Assembly (NCBI GenBank): GCA_964057225.1
Contig: OZ059900.1
Span: forward strand, 1,798,001-1,862,000
Reading direction: 5' to 3'
Source: Auanema rhodensis
Lineage: Eukaryota; Animalia; Nematoda
Length of the DNA stretch: 64,000 bases
The first letter of the stretch is position 1, and every line of letters begins with the position of its first letter. The translations under genes and the position numbers were made by a program. Positions 27,101 through 43,387 of this stretch are shown here, one piece after another. The notes beneath the pieces were generated by a model. It had not been told where the DNA came from. It searched no databases and saw only the letters and a list, made by a program, of their open reading frames with translations.

Positions 27101-29198
27101 GGTATTTATTCATTTTGATCAAAAAAGGTCGAAAATAGAAAGAATTTTTGAATTTTCCGAGTTTTGAGTCCAATTGGGCTAAATCGCTCATATATATGAT
27201 CAAAAGCATAGTTTTACTGTCTATGATAACAAAAGTCTTCAAATATACACTAATAATGTGTAAATCACTGAATTTCACTCAAATAGCATTACTACACTAA
27301 GTATGGTCGTTTTTATGCCTTTAACACCATATACTCACCGATTTTTGGTACAAAATCTGTAATACTTGTAAATTTTGATCATATTTGTTAAGATTCGAGA
27401 ATCAAACACATAATACACGAAATAAGTCTATTTTTACAAGTTTGCACTGATATTTATTCATTTTGATCAAAAAAGGTCGAAAATAGAAAGAATTTTTGAA
27501 TTTTCCGAGTTTTGAGTCCAATTGGGCTAAATCGCTCATATATATGATCAAAAGCATAGTTTCACTGTCTATGATAACAAAAGTCTTCAAATATACACTA
27601 GTAATGATTAAATCACTGAATTTCACTCAAATAGCATTACTACACTAAGTATGGTCGTTTTTATGCCTTTAACACCATATACTCACCGATTTTTGGTACA
27701 AAATCTGTAATACTTGTAAATTTTGATCATATTTGTTAAGATTCGAGAATCAAACACATAATACACGAAATAAGTCTATTTTTACAAGTTTGCACTGATA
27801 TTTATTCATTTTGATCAAAAAAAGGTCGAAAATAGAAAAATTTTTTGAAATTTCCGAGTTTTGAGTCCAATTTGGCTAAATCGCTCATATATAAGATCAA
27901 AAGCATAGTTTTATTGTCTATAACAACAAAAGTCATCAATTAAACGCTAGTGATATTTAAATACTGATTTTCGCTCAAGTAGCATTACTACACTAAGTAT
28001 GGTCGTTTTTATGCCTTTAACACCATATACTCACCGATTTTTGGTACAAAATCTGTAATACTTGTAAATTTTGATCATATTCGTTAAGATTTAAGAATCG
28101 AACATACAATACACAAAATCAGTCTATTTTTATGAGCTTGCACTGATATATATTCATTTTGATCAAAAAAGGTCGAAAATAGAAAGAATTTTTGAAATTT
28201 CCGAGTTTTGAGTCTAATTTGGCTAAATCGCTCATATATATGATCAGAAGCATAGTTTTAATGTCTATGACAACAAAAATCATCAATTAAACGCTAGTGA
28301 TGTTTAAATACTGATTTTCGCTCAAATAGCATTACTACACTAAGTATGGTCGTTTTTATGCCTTTAACACCATATACTCACCGATTTTTGGTACAAAATC
28401 TGTAATACTCGTAAAATTTGATCATATTTGTTAAGATTTGAGAATCAAACACACAATACACGAAATAAGTTTATTTTGACGAGTTTGCACTGGTATTTAT
28501 TCATTTTGATCAAAAAAGGTCGAAAATAGAAAGAATTTTTGAATTTTCCGAGTTTTGAGTCCAATTGGGCTAAATCGCTCATATATATGATCAAAAGCAT
28601 AGTTTTACTGTCTATGATAACAAAAGTCATCAATTAAACGCTAGTGATGTTTAAATACTGAATTTCGCTCAAATAGCATTACTACACTAAGTATGGTCGT
28701 TTTTATGCCTTTAACACCATATACTCACCGATTTTTGGTACAAAATCTGTAATACTCGTAAATTTTGATCATATTCGTTAAGATTTGAGAATCAAACATA
28801 CAATACACAAAATCAGTCTATTTTTATGAGCTTGCACTGATATATATTCATTTTGATCAAAAAAGGTCGAAAATAGAAAGAATTTTTGAAATTTCCGAGT
28901 TTTGAGTCTAATTTGGCTAAATCGCTCATATATATGATCAAAAGCATAGTTTTATTGTCTATGACAACAAAAGTCATCAATTAAATGCTAGTGATGTTTA
29001 AATACTGAATTTCGCTCAAATAGCATTACTACACTAAGTATGGTCGTTTTTATGCCTTTAACACCATATACTCACCGATTTTTGGTACAAAATCTGTAAT
29101 ACTCGTAAATTTTGATCATATTCGGTGAGATTCGAGAATCAAACACACAATACACGAAATAAGTTTATTTTGACGAGTTTGCACTGGTATTTATTCAT

Positions 29199-32100
29199 TT
29201 TGATCAAAAAAGGTCGAAAATAGAAAGAATTTTTGAATTTTCCGAGTTTTGAGTCCAATTGGGCTAAATCGCTAATATATATGATCAAAAGCATAGTTTT
29301 ACTGTCTATGATAACAAAAGTCTTCAAATATACACTAATAATGTGTAAATCACTGAATTTCACTCAAATAGCTTTACTACACTAAGTATGGTCGTTTTTA
29401 TGCCTTTAACACCATATACTCACCGATTTTTGGTACAAAATCTGTAATACTCGTAAATTTCGATCATATTCGTTAAGATTCGAGAATCAAACACACAATA
29501 CACGAAATAAGTTTATTTTTACGAGTTTGCACTGATATTTATTCATTTTGATCAAAAAAGGTCGAAAATAGAAAGAATTTTTGAATTTTCCGAGTTTTGA
29601 GTCCAATTGGGCTAAATCGCTCATATATATGATCAAAAGCATAGTTTCACTGTCTATGATAACAAAAGTCTTCAAATATACACTAATAATGATTAAATCA
29701 CTGAATTTCACTCAAATAGCATTACTACACTAAGTATGGTCGTTTTTATGCCTTTAACACCATATACTCACCGATTTTTGGTACAAAATCTGTAATACTT
29801 GTAAATTTTGATCATATTTGTTAAGATTCGAGAATCAAACACATAATACACAAAATAAGTCTATTTTTACAAGTTTGCACTGATATTTATTCATTTTGAT
29901 CAAAAAAGGTCGAAAATAGAAAGAATTTTTGAAATTTCCGAGTTTTGAGTCCAATTTGGCTAAATCGCTCATATATATGATCAAAAGCATAGTTTTATTG
30001 TCTATAACAACAAAAGTCATCAATTAAACGCTAGTGATGTTTAAATACTGAATTTCGCTCAAATAGCATTACTACACTAAGTATGGTCGTTTTTATGCCT
30101 TTAACACCATATACTCACCGATTTTTGGTACAAAATCTGTAATACTCGTAGATTTTGATCATATTCGTTAAGATTTGAGAATCAAACATACAATACACAA
30201 AATCAGTCTATTTTTATGAGCTTGCACTGATATATATTCATTTTGATCAAAAAAGGTCGAAAATAGAAAGAATTTTTGAAATTTCCGAGTTTTGAGTCTA
30301 ATTTGGCTAAATCGCTCATATATATGATCAAAAGCATAGTTTTATTGTCTATGACAACAAAAGTCATCAATTAAATGCTAGTGATGTTTAAATACTGAAT
30401 TTCGCTCAAATAGCATTACTACACTAAGTATGGTCGTTTTTATGCCTTTAACACCATATACTCACCGATTTTTGGTACAAAATCTGTAATACTCGTAAAT
30501 TTTGATCATATTCGGTGAGATTCGAGAATCAAACACACAATACACGAAATAAGTTTATTTTGACGAGTTTGCACTGGTATTTATTCATTTTGATCAAAAA
30601 AGGTCGAAAATAGAAAGAATTTTTGAATTTTCCGAGTTTTGAGTCCAATTGGGCTAAATCGCTCATATATATGATCAAAAGCATAGTTTTACTGTCTATG
30701 ATAACAAAAGTCTTCAAATATACACTAATAATGTGTAAATCACTGAATTTCACTCAAATAGCTTTACTACACTAAGTATGGTCGTTTTTATGCCTTTAAC
30801 ACCATATACTCACCGATTTTTGGTACAAAATCTGTAATACTCGTAAATTTTGATCATATTCGGTGAGATTCGAGAATCAAACACACAATACACGAAATAA
30901 GTTTATTTTGACGAGTTTGCACTGGTATTTATTCATTTTGATCAAAAAAGGTCGAAAATAGAAAGAATTTTTGAATTTTCCGAGTTTTGAGTCCAATTGG
31001 GCTAAATCGCTAATATATATGATCAAAAGCATAGTTTTACTGTCTATGATAACAAAAGTCTTCAAATATACACTAATAATGTGTAAATCACTGAATTTCA
31101 CTCAAATAGCTTTACTACACTAAGTATGGTCGTTTTTATGCCTTTAACACCATATACTCACCGATTTTTGGTACAAAATCTGTAATACTTGTAAATTTTG
31201 ATCATATTCGTTAAGATTTGAGAATCAAACATACAATACACAAAATCAGTCTATTTTTATGAGCTTGCACTGATATATATTCATTTTGATCAAAAAAGGT
31301 CGAAAATAGAAAGAATTTTTGAAATTTCCGAGTTTTGAGTCTAATTTGGCTAAATCGCTCATATATATGATCAAAAGCATAGTTTTATTGTCTATGACAA
31401 CAAAAGTCATCAATTAAATGCTAGTGATGTTTAAATACTGAATTTCGCTCAAATAGCATTACTACACTAAGTATGGTCGTTTTTATGCCTTTAACACCAT
31501 ATACTCACCGATTTTTGGTACAAAATCTGTAATACTCGTAAATTTTGATCATATTCGTTAAGATTTGAGAATCAAACATACAATACACAAAATCAGTCTA
31601 TTTTTATGAGCTTGCACTGATATATATTCATTTTGATCAAAAAAGGTCGAAAATAGAAAGAATTTTTGAAATTTCCGAGTTTTGAGTCTAATTTGGCTAA
31701 ATCGCTCATATATATGATCAAAAGCATAGTTTTATTGTCTATGACAACAAAAGTCATCAATTAAATGCTAGTGATGTTTAAATACTGAATTTCGCTCAAA
31801 TAGCATTACTACACTAAGTATGGTCGTTTTTATGCCTTTAACACCATATACTCACCGATTTTTGGTACAAAATCTGTAATACTCGTAAATTTTGATCATA
31901 TTCGGTGAGATTCGAGAATCAAACACACAATACACGAAATAAGTTTATTTTGACGAGTTTGCACTGGTATTTATTCATTTTGATCAAAAAAGGTCGAAAA
32001 TAGAAAGAATTTTTGAATTTTCCGAGTTTTGAGTCCAATTGGGCTAAATCGCTAATATATATGATCAAAAGCATAGTTTTACTGTCTATGATAACAAAAG

Positions 32101-33950
32101 TCTTCAAATATACACTAATAATGTGTAAATCACTGAATTTCACTCAAATAGCTTTACTACACTAAGTATGGTCGTTTTTATGCCTTTAACACCATATACT
32201 CACCGATTTTTGGTACAAAATCTGTAATACTCGTAAATTTCGATCATATTCGTTAAGATTCGAGAATCAAACACACAATACACGAAATAAGTTTATTTTT
32301 ACGAGTTTGCACTGATATTTATTCATTTTGATCAAAAAAGGTCGAAAATAGAAAGAATTTTTGAATTTTCCGAGTTTTGAGTCCAATTGGGCTAAATCGC
32401 TCATATATATGATCAAAAGCATAGTTTCACTGTCTATGATAACAAAAGTCTTCAAATATACACTAATAATGATTAAATCACTGAATTTCACTCAAATAGC
32501 ATTACTACACTAAGTATGGTCGTTTTTATGCCTTTAACACCATATACTCACCGATTTTTGGTACAAAATCTGTAATACTTGTAAATTTTGATCATATTTG
32601 TTAAGATTCGAGAATCAAACACATAATACACAAAATAAGTCTATTTTTACAAGTTTGCACTGATATTTATTCATTTTGATCAAAAAAGGTCGAAAATAGA
32701 AAGAATTTTTGAAATTTCCGAGTTTTGAGTCCAATTTGGCTAAATCGCTCATATATATGATCAAAAGCATAGTTTTATTGTCTATAACAACAAAAGTCAT
32801 CAATTAAACGCTAGTGATGTTTAAATACTGAATTTCGCTCAAATAGCATTACTACACTAAGTATGGTCGTTTTTATGCCTTTAACACCATATACTCACCG
32901 ATTTTTGGTACAAAATCTGTAATACTCGTAAATTTTGATCATATTCGTTAAGATTTGTGAATCAAACATACAATACACAGAATCAGTCTATTTTTATGAG
33001 CTTGCACTGATATATATTCATTTTGATCAAAAAAGGTCGAAAATAGAAAGAATTTTTGAAATTTCCGAGTTTTGAGTCTAATTTGGCTAAATCGCTCATA
33101 TATATGATCAAAAGCATAGTTTTATTGTCTATGACAACAAAAGTCATCAATTAAATGCTAGTGATGTTTAAATACTGAATTTCGCTCAAATAGCATTACT
33201 ACACTAAGTATGGTCGTTTTTATGCCTTTAACACCATATACTCACCGATTTTTGGTACAAAATCTGTAATACTCGTAAATTTTGATCATATTCGGTGAGA
33301 TTCGAGAATCAAACACACAATACACGAAATAAGTTTATTTTGACGAGTTTGCACTGGTATTTATTCATTTTGATCAAAAAAGGTCGAAAATAGAAAGAAT
33401 TTTTGAATTTTCCGAGTTTTGAGTCCAATTGGGCTAAATCGCTCATATATATGATCAAAAGCATAGTTTTACTGTCTATGATAACAAAAGTCTTCAAATA
33501 TACACTAATAATGTGTAAATCACTGAATTTCACTCAAATAGCTTTACTACACTAAGTATGGTCGTTTTTATGCCTTTAACACCATATACTCACCGATTTT
33601 TGGTACAAAATCTGTAATACTCGTAAATTTCGATCATATTCGTTAAGATTCGAGAATCAAACACACAATACACGAAATAAGTTTATTTTTACGAGTTTGC
33701 ACTGATATTTATTCATTTTGATCAAAAAAGGTCGAAAATAGAAAGAATTTTTGAATTTTCCGAGTTTTGAGTCCAATTGGGCTAAATCGCTCATATATAT
33801 GATCAAAAGCATAGTTTCACTGTCTATGATAACAAAAGTCTTCAAATATACACTAGTAATGATTAAATCACTGAATTTCACTCAAATAGCATTACTACAC
33901 TAAGTATGGTCGTTTTTATGCCTTTAACACCATATACTCACCGATTTTTG
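29199..33950 (+). repeat. Second copy of the 1-4750 block
   Basis: ORF-track coordinates are shifted by exactly 29198 (289/29487, 1679/30877, 4459/33657), and the rare SNPs are shared. Confidence 0.9.
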
Positions 33951-36900
33951 GTACAAAATCTGTAATAGTTGTAAATTTTGATCATATTTGTTAAGATTCG
34001 AGAATCAAACACATAATACACGAAATAAGTCTATTTTTACAAGTTTGCACTGATATTTATTCATTTTGATCAAAAAAAGGTCGAAAATAGAAAAATTTTT
34101 TGAAATTTCCGAGTTTTGAGTCCAATTTGGCTAAATCGCTCATATATAAGATCAAAAGCATAGTTTTATTGTCTATAACAACAAAAGTCATCAATTAAAC
34201 GCTAGTGATATTTAAATACTGATTTTCGCTCAAGTAGCATTACTACACTAAGTATGGTCGTTTTTATGCCTTTAACACCATATACTCACCGATTTTTGGT
34301 ACAAAATCTGTAATACTTGTAAATTTTGATCATATTCGTTAAGATTTGAGAATCGAACATACAATACACAAAATCAGTCTATTTTTATGAGCTTGCACTG
34401 ATATATATTCATTTTGATCAAAAAAGGTCGAAAATAGAAAGAATTTTTGAAATTTCCGAGTTTTGAGTCTAATTTGGCTAAATCGCTCATATATATGATC
34501 AGAAGCATAGTTTTAATGTCTATGACAACAAAAATCATCAATTAAACGCTAGTGATGTTTAAATACTGATTTTCGCTCAAATAGCATTACTACACTAAGT
34601 ATGGTCGTTTTTATGCCTTTAACACCATATACTCACCGATTTTTGGTACAAAATCTGTAATACTCGTAAAATTTGATCATATTTGTTAAGATTTGAGAAT
34701 CAAACACACAATACACGAAATAAGTTTATTTTGACGAGTTTGCACTGGTATTTATTCATTTTGATCAAAAAAGGTCGAAAATAGAAAGAATTTTTGAATT
34801 TTCCGAGTTTTGAGTCCAATTGGGCTAAATCGCTCATATATATGATCAAAAGCATAGTTTTACTGTCTATGATAACAAAAGTCATCAATTAAACGCTAGT
34901 GATGTTTAAATACTGAATTTCGCTCAAATAGCATTACTACACTAAGTATGGTCGTTTTTATGCCTTTAACACCATATACTCACCGATTTTTGGTACAAAA
35001 TCTGTAATACTCGTAAATTTTGATCATATTCGTTAAGATTTGAGAATCAAACATACAATACACAAAATCAGTCTATTTTTATGAGCTTGCACTGATATAT
35101 ATTCATTTTGATCAAAAAAGGTCGAAAATAGAAAGAATTTTTGAAATTTCCGAGTTTTGAGTCTAATTTGGCTAAATCGCTCATATATATGATCAAAAGC
35201 ATAGTTTTATTGTCTATGACAACAAAAGTCATCAATTAAATGCTAGTGATGTTTAAATACTGAATTTCGCTCAAATAGCATTACTACACTAAGTATGGTC
35301 GTTTTTATGCCTTTAACACCATATACTCACCGATTTTTGGTACAAAATCTGTAATACTCGTAAATTTTGATCATATTCGGTGAGATTCGAGAATCAAACA
35401 CACAATACACGAAATAAGTTTATTTTGACGAGTTTGCACTGGTATTTATTCATTTTGATCAAAAAAGGTCGAAAATAGAAAGAATTTTTGAATTTTCCGA
35501 GTTTTGAGTCCAATTGGGCTAAATCGCTAATATATATGATCAAAAGCATAGTTTTACTGTCTATGATAACAAAAGTCTTCAAATATACACTAATAATGTG
35601 TAAATCACTGAATTTCACTCAAATAGCTTTACTACACTAAGTATGGTCGTTTTTATGCCTTTAACACCATATACTCACCGATTTTTGGTACAAAATCTGT
35701 AATACTCGTAAATTTCGATCATATTCGTTAAGATTCGAGAATCAAACACACAATACACGAAATAAGTTTATTTTTACGAGTTTGCACTGATATTTATTCA
35801 TTTTGATCAAAAAAGGTCGAAAATAGAAAGAATTTTTGAATTTTCCGAGTTTTGAGTCCAATTGGGCTAAATCGCTCATATATATGATCAAAAGCATAGT
35901 TTCACTGTCTATGATAACAAAAGTCTTCAAATATACACTAATATTGATTAAATCACTGAATTTCACTCAAATAGCATTACTACACTAAGTATGGTCGTTT
36001 TTATGCCTTTAACACCATATACTCACCGATTTTTGGTACAAAATCTGTAATACTTGTAAATTTTGATCATATTTGTTAAGATTCGAGAATCAAACACATA
36101 ATACACAAAATAAGTCTATTTTTACAAGTTTGCACTGATATTTATTCATTTTGATCAAAAAAGGTCGAAAATAGAAAGAATTTTTGAAATTTCCGAGTTT
36201 TGAGTCCAATTTGGCTAAATCGCTCATATATATGATCAAAAGCATAGTTTTATTGTCTATAACAACAAAAGTCATCAATTAAACGCTAGTGATGTTTAAA
36301 TACTGAATTTCGCTCAAATAGCATTACTACACTAAGTATGGTCGTTTTTATGCCTTTAACACCATATACTCACCGATTTTTGGTACAAAATCTGTAATAC
36401 TCGTAAATTTTGATCATATTCGTTAAGATTTGAGAATCAAACATACAATACACAAAATCAGTCTATTTTTATGAGCTTGCACTGATATATATTCATTTTG
36501 ATCAAAAAAGGTCGAAAATAGAAAGAATTTTTGAAATTTCCGAGTTTTGAGTCTAATTTGGCTAAATCGCTCATATATATGATCAAAAGCATAGTTTTAT
36601 TGTCTATGACAACAAAAGTCATCAATTAAATGCTAGTGATGTTTAAATACTGAATTTCGCTCAAATAGCATTACTACACTAAGTATGGTCGTTTTTATGC
36701 CTTTAACACCATATACTCACCGATTTTTGGTACAAAATCTGTAATACTCGTAAATTTTGATCATATTCGGTGAGATTCGAGAATCAAACACACAATACAC
36801 GAAATAAGTTTATTTTGACGAGTTTGCACTGGTATTTATTCATTTTGATCAAAAAAGGTCGAAAATAGAAAGAATTTTTGAATTTTCCGAGTTTTGAGTC

Positions 36901-39900
36901 CAATTGGGCTAAATCGCTCATATATATGATCAAAAGCATAGTTTTACTGTCTATGATAACAAAAGTCTTCAAATATACACTAATAATGTGTAAATCACTG
37001 AATTTCACTCAAATAGCTTTACTACACTAAGTATGGTCGTTTTTATGCCTTTAACACCATATACTCACCGATTTTTGGTACAAAATCTGTAATACTCGTA
37101 AATTTCGATCATATTCGTTAAGATTCGAGAATCAAACACACAATACACGAAATAAGTTTATTTTTACGAGTTTGCACTGATATTTATTCATTTTGATCAA
37201 AAAAGGTCGAAAATAGAAAGAATTTTTGAATTTTCCGAGTTTTGAGTCCAATTGGGCTAAATCGCTCATATATATGATCAAAAGCATAGTTTCACTGTCT
37301 ATGATAACAAAAGTCTTCAAATATACACTAGTAATGATGAAATCACTGAATTTCACTCAAATAGCATTACTACACTAAGTATGGTCGTTTTTATGCCTTT
37401 AACACCATATACTCACCGATTTTTGGTACAAAATCTGTAATACTTGTAAATTTTGATCATATTTGTTAAGATTCGAGAATCAAACACATAATACACGAAA
37501 TAAGTCTATTTTTACAAGTTTGCACTGATATTTATTCATTTTGATCAAAAAAGGTCGAAAATAGAAAGAATTTTTGAAATTTCCGAGTTTTGAGTCCAAT
37601 TTGGCTAAATCGCTCATATATATGATCAAAAGCATAGTGTTATTGTCTATAACAACAAAAGTCATCAATTAAACGCTAGTGATGTTTAAATACTGAATTT
37701 CGCTCAAATAGCATTACTACACTAAGTATGGTCGTTTTTATGCCTTTAACACCATATACTCACCGATTTTTGGTACAAAATCTGTAATACTCGTAAATTT
37801 TGATCATATTCGTTAAGATTTGAGAATCAAACATACAATACACAAAATCAGTCTATTTTTATGAGCTTGCACTGATATATATTCATTTTGATCAAAAAAG
37901 GTCGAAAATAGAAAGAATTTTTGAAATTTCCGAGTTTTGAGTCTAATTTGGCTAAATCGCTCATATATATGATCAAAAGCATAGTTTTATTGTCTATGAC
38001 AACAAAAGTCATCAATTAAATGCTAGTGATGTTTAAATACTGAATTTCGCTCAAATAGCATTACTACACTAAGTATGGTCGTTTTTATGCCTTTAACACC
38101 ATATACTCACCGATTTTTGGTACAAAATCTGTAATACTCGTAAATTTTGATCATATTCGTTAAGATTTGAGAATCAAACATACAATACACAAAATCAGTC
38201 TATTTTTATGAGCTTGCACTGATATATATTCATTTTGATCAAAAAAGGTCGAAAATAGAAAGAATTTTTGAAATTTCCGAGTTTTGAGTCTAATTTGGCT
38301 AAATCGCTCATATATATGATCAAAAGCATAGTTTTATTGTCTATGACAACAAAAGTCATCAATTAAATGCTAGTGATGTTTAAATACTGAATTTCGCTCA
38401 AATAGCATTACTACACTAAGTATGGTCGTTTTTATGCCTTTAACACCATATACTCACCGATTTTTGGTACAAAATCTGTAATACTCGTAAATTTTGATCA
38501 TATCCGGTGAGATTCGAGAATCAAACACACAATACACGAAATAAGTTTATTTTGACGAGTTTGCACTGGTATTTATTCATTTTGATCAAAAAAGGTCGAA
38601 AATAGAAAGAATTTTTGAATTTTCCGAGTTTTGAGTCCAATTGGGCTAAATCGCTCATATATATGATCAAAAGCATAGTTTTACTGTCTATGATAACAAA
38701 AGTCTTCAAATATACACTAATAATGTGTAAATCACTGAATTTCACTCAAATAGCTTTACTACACTAAGTATGGTCGTTTTTATGCCTTTAACACCATATA
38801 CTCACCGATTTTTGGTACAAAATCTGTAATACTCGTAAATTTCGATCATATTCGTTAAGATTCGAGAATCAAACACACAATACACGAAATAAGTTTATTT
38901 TTACGAGTTTGCACTGATATTTATTCATTTTGATCAAAAAAGGTCGAAAATAGAAAGAATTTTTGAATTTTCCGAGTTTTGAGTCCAATTGGGCTAAATC
39001 GCTCATATATATGATCAAAAGCATAGTTTCACTGTCTATGATAACAAAAGTCTTCAAATATACACTAGTAATGATTAAATCACTGAATTTCACTCAAATA
39101 GCATTACTACACTAAGTATGGTCGTTTTTATGCCTTTAACACCATATACTCACCGATTTTTGGTACAAAATCTGTAATACTTGTAAATTTTGATCATATT
39201 TGTTAAGATTCGAGAATCAAACACATAATACACGAAATAAGTCTATTTTTACAAGTTTGCACTGATATTTATTCATTTTGATCAAAAAAAGGTCGAAAAT
39301 AGAAAAATTTTTTGAAATTTCCGAGTTTTGAGTCCAATTTGGCTAAATCGCTCATATATAAGATCAAAAGCATAGTTTTATTGTCTATAACAACAAAAGT
39401 CATCATTTAAACGCTAGTGATATTTAAATACTGATTTTCGCTCAAGTAGCATTACTACACTAAGTATGGTCGTTTTTATGCCTTTAACACCATATACTCA
39501 CCGATTTTTGGTACAAAATCTGTAATACTTGTAAATTTTGATCATATTCGTTAAGATTTGAGAATCGAACATACAATACACAAAATCAGTCTATTTTTAT
39601 GAGCTTGCACTGATATATATTCATTTTGATCAAAAAAGGTTGAAAATAGAAAGAATTTTTGAAATTTCCGAGTTTTGAGTCTAATTTGGCTAAATCGCTC
39701 ATATATATGATCAGAAGCATAGTTTTAATGTCTATGACAACAAAAGTCATCAATTAAACGCTAGTGATGTTTAAATACTGAATTTCGCTCAAATAGCATT
39801 ACTACACTAAGTATGGTCGTTTTTATGCCTTTAACACCATATACTCACCGATTTTTGGTACAAAATCTGTAATACTCGTAAATTTTGATCATATTCGTTA

Positions 39901-42900
39901 AGATTTGAGAATCAAACATACAATACACAAAATCAGTCTATTTTTATGAGCTTGCACTGATATATATTCATTTTGATCAAAAAAGGTCGAAAATAGAAAG
40001 AATTTTTGAAATTTCCGAGTTTTGAGTCTAATTTGGCTAAATCGCTCATATATATGATCAAAAGCATAGTTTTATTGTCTATGACAACAAAAGTCATCAA
40101 TTAAATGCTAGTGATGTTTAAATACTGAATTTCGCTCAAATAGCATTACTACACTAAGTATGGTCGTTTTTATGCCTTTAACACCATATACTCACCGATT
40201 TTTGGTACAAAATCTGTAATACTCGTAAATTTTGATCATATTCGGTGAGATTCGAGAATCAAACACACAATACACGAAATAAGTTTATTTTGACGAGTTT
40301 GCACTGGCATTTATTCATTTTGATCAAAAAAGGTCGAAAATAGAAAGAATTTTTGAATTTTCCGAGTTTTGAGTCCAATTGGGCTAAATCGCTAATATAT
40401 ATGATCAAAAGCATAGTTTTACTGTCTATGATAACAAAAGTCTTCAAATATACACTAATAATGTGTAAATCACTGAATTTCACTCAAATAGCTTTACTAC
40501 ACTAAGTATGGTCGTTTTTATGCCTTTAACACCATATACTCACCGATTTTTGGTACAAAATCTGTAATACTCGTAAATTTCGATCATATTCGTTAAGATT
40601 CGAGAATCAAACACACAATACACGAAATAAGTTTATTTTTACGAGTTTGCACTGATATTTATTCATTTTGATCAAAAAAGGTCGAAAATAGAAAGAATTT
40701 TTGAATTTTCCGAGTTTTGAGTCCAATTGGGCTAAATCGCTCATATATATGATCAAAAGCATAGTTTCACTGTCTATGATAACAAAAGTCTTCAAATATA
40801 CACTAGTAATGATTAAATCACTGAATTTCACTCAAATAGCATTACTACACTAAGTATGGTCGTTTTTATGCCTTTAACACCATATACTCACCGATTTTTG
40901 GTACAAAATCTGTAATACTTGTAAATTTTGATCATATTTGTTAAGATTCGAGAATCAAACACATAATACACGAAATAAGTCTATTTTTACAAGTTTGCAC
41001 TGATATTTATTCATTTTGATCAAAAAAAGGTCGAAAATAGAAAAATTTTTTGAAATTTCCGAGTTTTGAGTCCAATTTGGCTAAATCGCTCATATATAAG
41101 ATCAAAAGCATAGTTTTATTGTCTATAACAACAAAAGTCATCAATTAAACGCTAGTGATATTTAAATACTGATTTTCGCTCAAGTAGCATTACTACACTA
41201 AGTATGGTCGTTTTTATGCCTTTAACACCATATACTCACCGATTTTTGGTACAAAATCTGTAATACTTGTAAATTTTGATCATATTCGTTAAGATTTGAG
41301 AATCGAACATACAATACACAAAATCAGTCTATTTTTATGAGCTTGCACTGATATATATTCATTTTGATCAAAAAAGGTCGAAAATAGAAAGAATTTTTGA
41401 ATTTTCCGAGTTTTGAGTCCAATTGGGCTAAATCGCTCATATATATGATCAAAAGCATAGTTTTACTGTCTATGATAACAAAAGTCTTCAAATATACACT
41501 AATAATGTGTAAATCACTGAATTTCACTCAAATAGCATTACTACACTAAGTATGGTCGTTTTTATGCCTTTAACACCATATACTCACCGATTTTTGGTAC
41601 AAAATCTGTAATACTTGTAAATTTTGATCATATTCGTTAAGATTTGAGAATCAAACATACAATACACAAAATCAGTCTATTTTTATGAGCTTGCACTGAT
41701 ATATATTCATTTTGATCAAAAAAGGTCGAAAATAGAAAGAATTTTTGAAATTTCCGAGTTTTGAGTCTAATTTGGCTAAATCGCTCATATATATGATCAA
41801 AAGCATAGTTTTATTGTCTATGACAACAAAAGTCATCAATTAAATGCTAGTGATGTTTAAATACTGAATTTCGCTCAAATAGCATTACTACACTAAGTAT
41901 GGTCGTTTTTATGCCTTTAACACCATATACTCACCGATTTTTGGTACAAAATCTGTAATACTCGTAAATTTTGATCATATTCGGTGAGATTCGAGAATCA
42001 AACACACAATACACGAAATAAGTTTATTTTGACGAGTTTGCACTGGTATTTATTCATTTTGATCAAAAAAGGTCGAAAATAGAAAGAATTTTTGAATTTT
42101 CCGAGTTTTGAGTCCAATTGGGCTAAATCGCTAATATATATGATCAAAAGCATAGTTTTACTGTCTATGATAACAAAAGTCTTCAAATATACACTAATAA
42201 TGTGTAAATCACTGAATTTCACTCAAATAGCTTTACTACACTAAGTATGGTCGTTTTTATGCCTTTAACACCATATACTCACCGATTTTTGGTACAAAAT
42301 CTGTAATACTCGTAAATTTCGATCATATTCGTTAAGATTCGAGAATCAAACACACAATACACGAAATAAGTTTATTTTTACGAGTTTGCACTGATATTTA
42401 TTCATTTTGATCAAAAAAGGTCGAAAATAGAAAGAATTTTTGAATTTTCCGAGTTTTGAGTCCAATTGGGCTAAATCGCTCATATATATGATCAAAAGCA
42501 TAGTTTCACTGTCTATGATAACAAAAGTCTTCAAATATACACTAATAATGATTAAATCACTGAATTTCACTCAAATAGCATTACTACACTAAGTATGGTC
42601 GTTTTTATGCCTTTAACACCATATACTCACCGATTTTTGGTACAAAATCTGTAATACTTGTAAATTTTGATCATATTTGTTAAGATTCGAGAATCAAACA
42701 CATAATACACAAAATAAGTCTATTTTTACAAGTTTGCACTGATATTTATTCATTTTGATCAAAAAAGGTCGAAAATAGAAAGAATTTTTGAAATTTCCGA
42801 GTTTTGAGTCCAATTTGGCTAAATCGCTCATATATATGATCAAAAGCATAGTTTTATTGTCTATAACAACAAAAGTCATCAATTAAACGCTAGTGATGTT

Positions 42901-43387
42901 TAAATACTGAATTTCGCTCAAATAGCATTACTACACTAAGTATGGTCGTTTTTATGCCTTTAACACCATATACTCACCGATTTTTGGTACAAAATCTGTA
43001 ATACTCGTAAATTTTGATCATATTCGTTAAGATTTGAGAATCAAACATACAATACACAAAATCAGTCTATTTTTATGAGCTTGCACTGATATATATTCAT
43101 TTTGATCAAAAAAGGTCGAAAATAGAAAGAATTTTTGAAATTTCCGAGTTTTGAGTCTAATTTGGCTAAATCGCTCATATATATGATCAAAAGCATAGTT
43201 TTATTGTCTATGACAACAAAAGTCATCAATTAAATGCTAGTGATGTTTAAATACTGAATTTCGCTCAAATAGCATTACTACACTAAGTATGGTCGTTTTT
43301 ATGCCTTTAACACCATATACTCACCGATTTTTGGTACAAAATCTGTAATACTCGTAAATTTTGATCATATTCGGTGAGATTCGAGAA

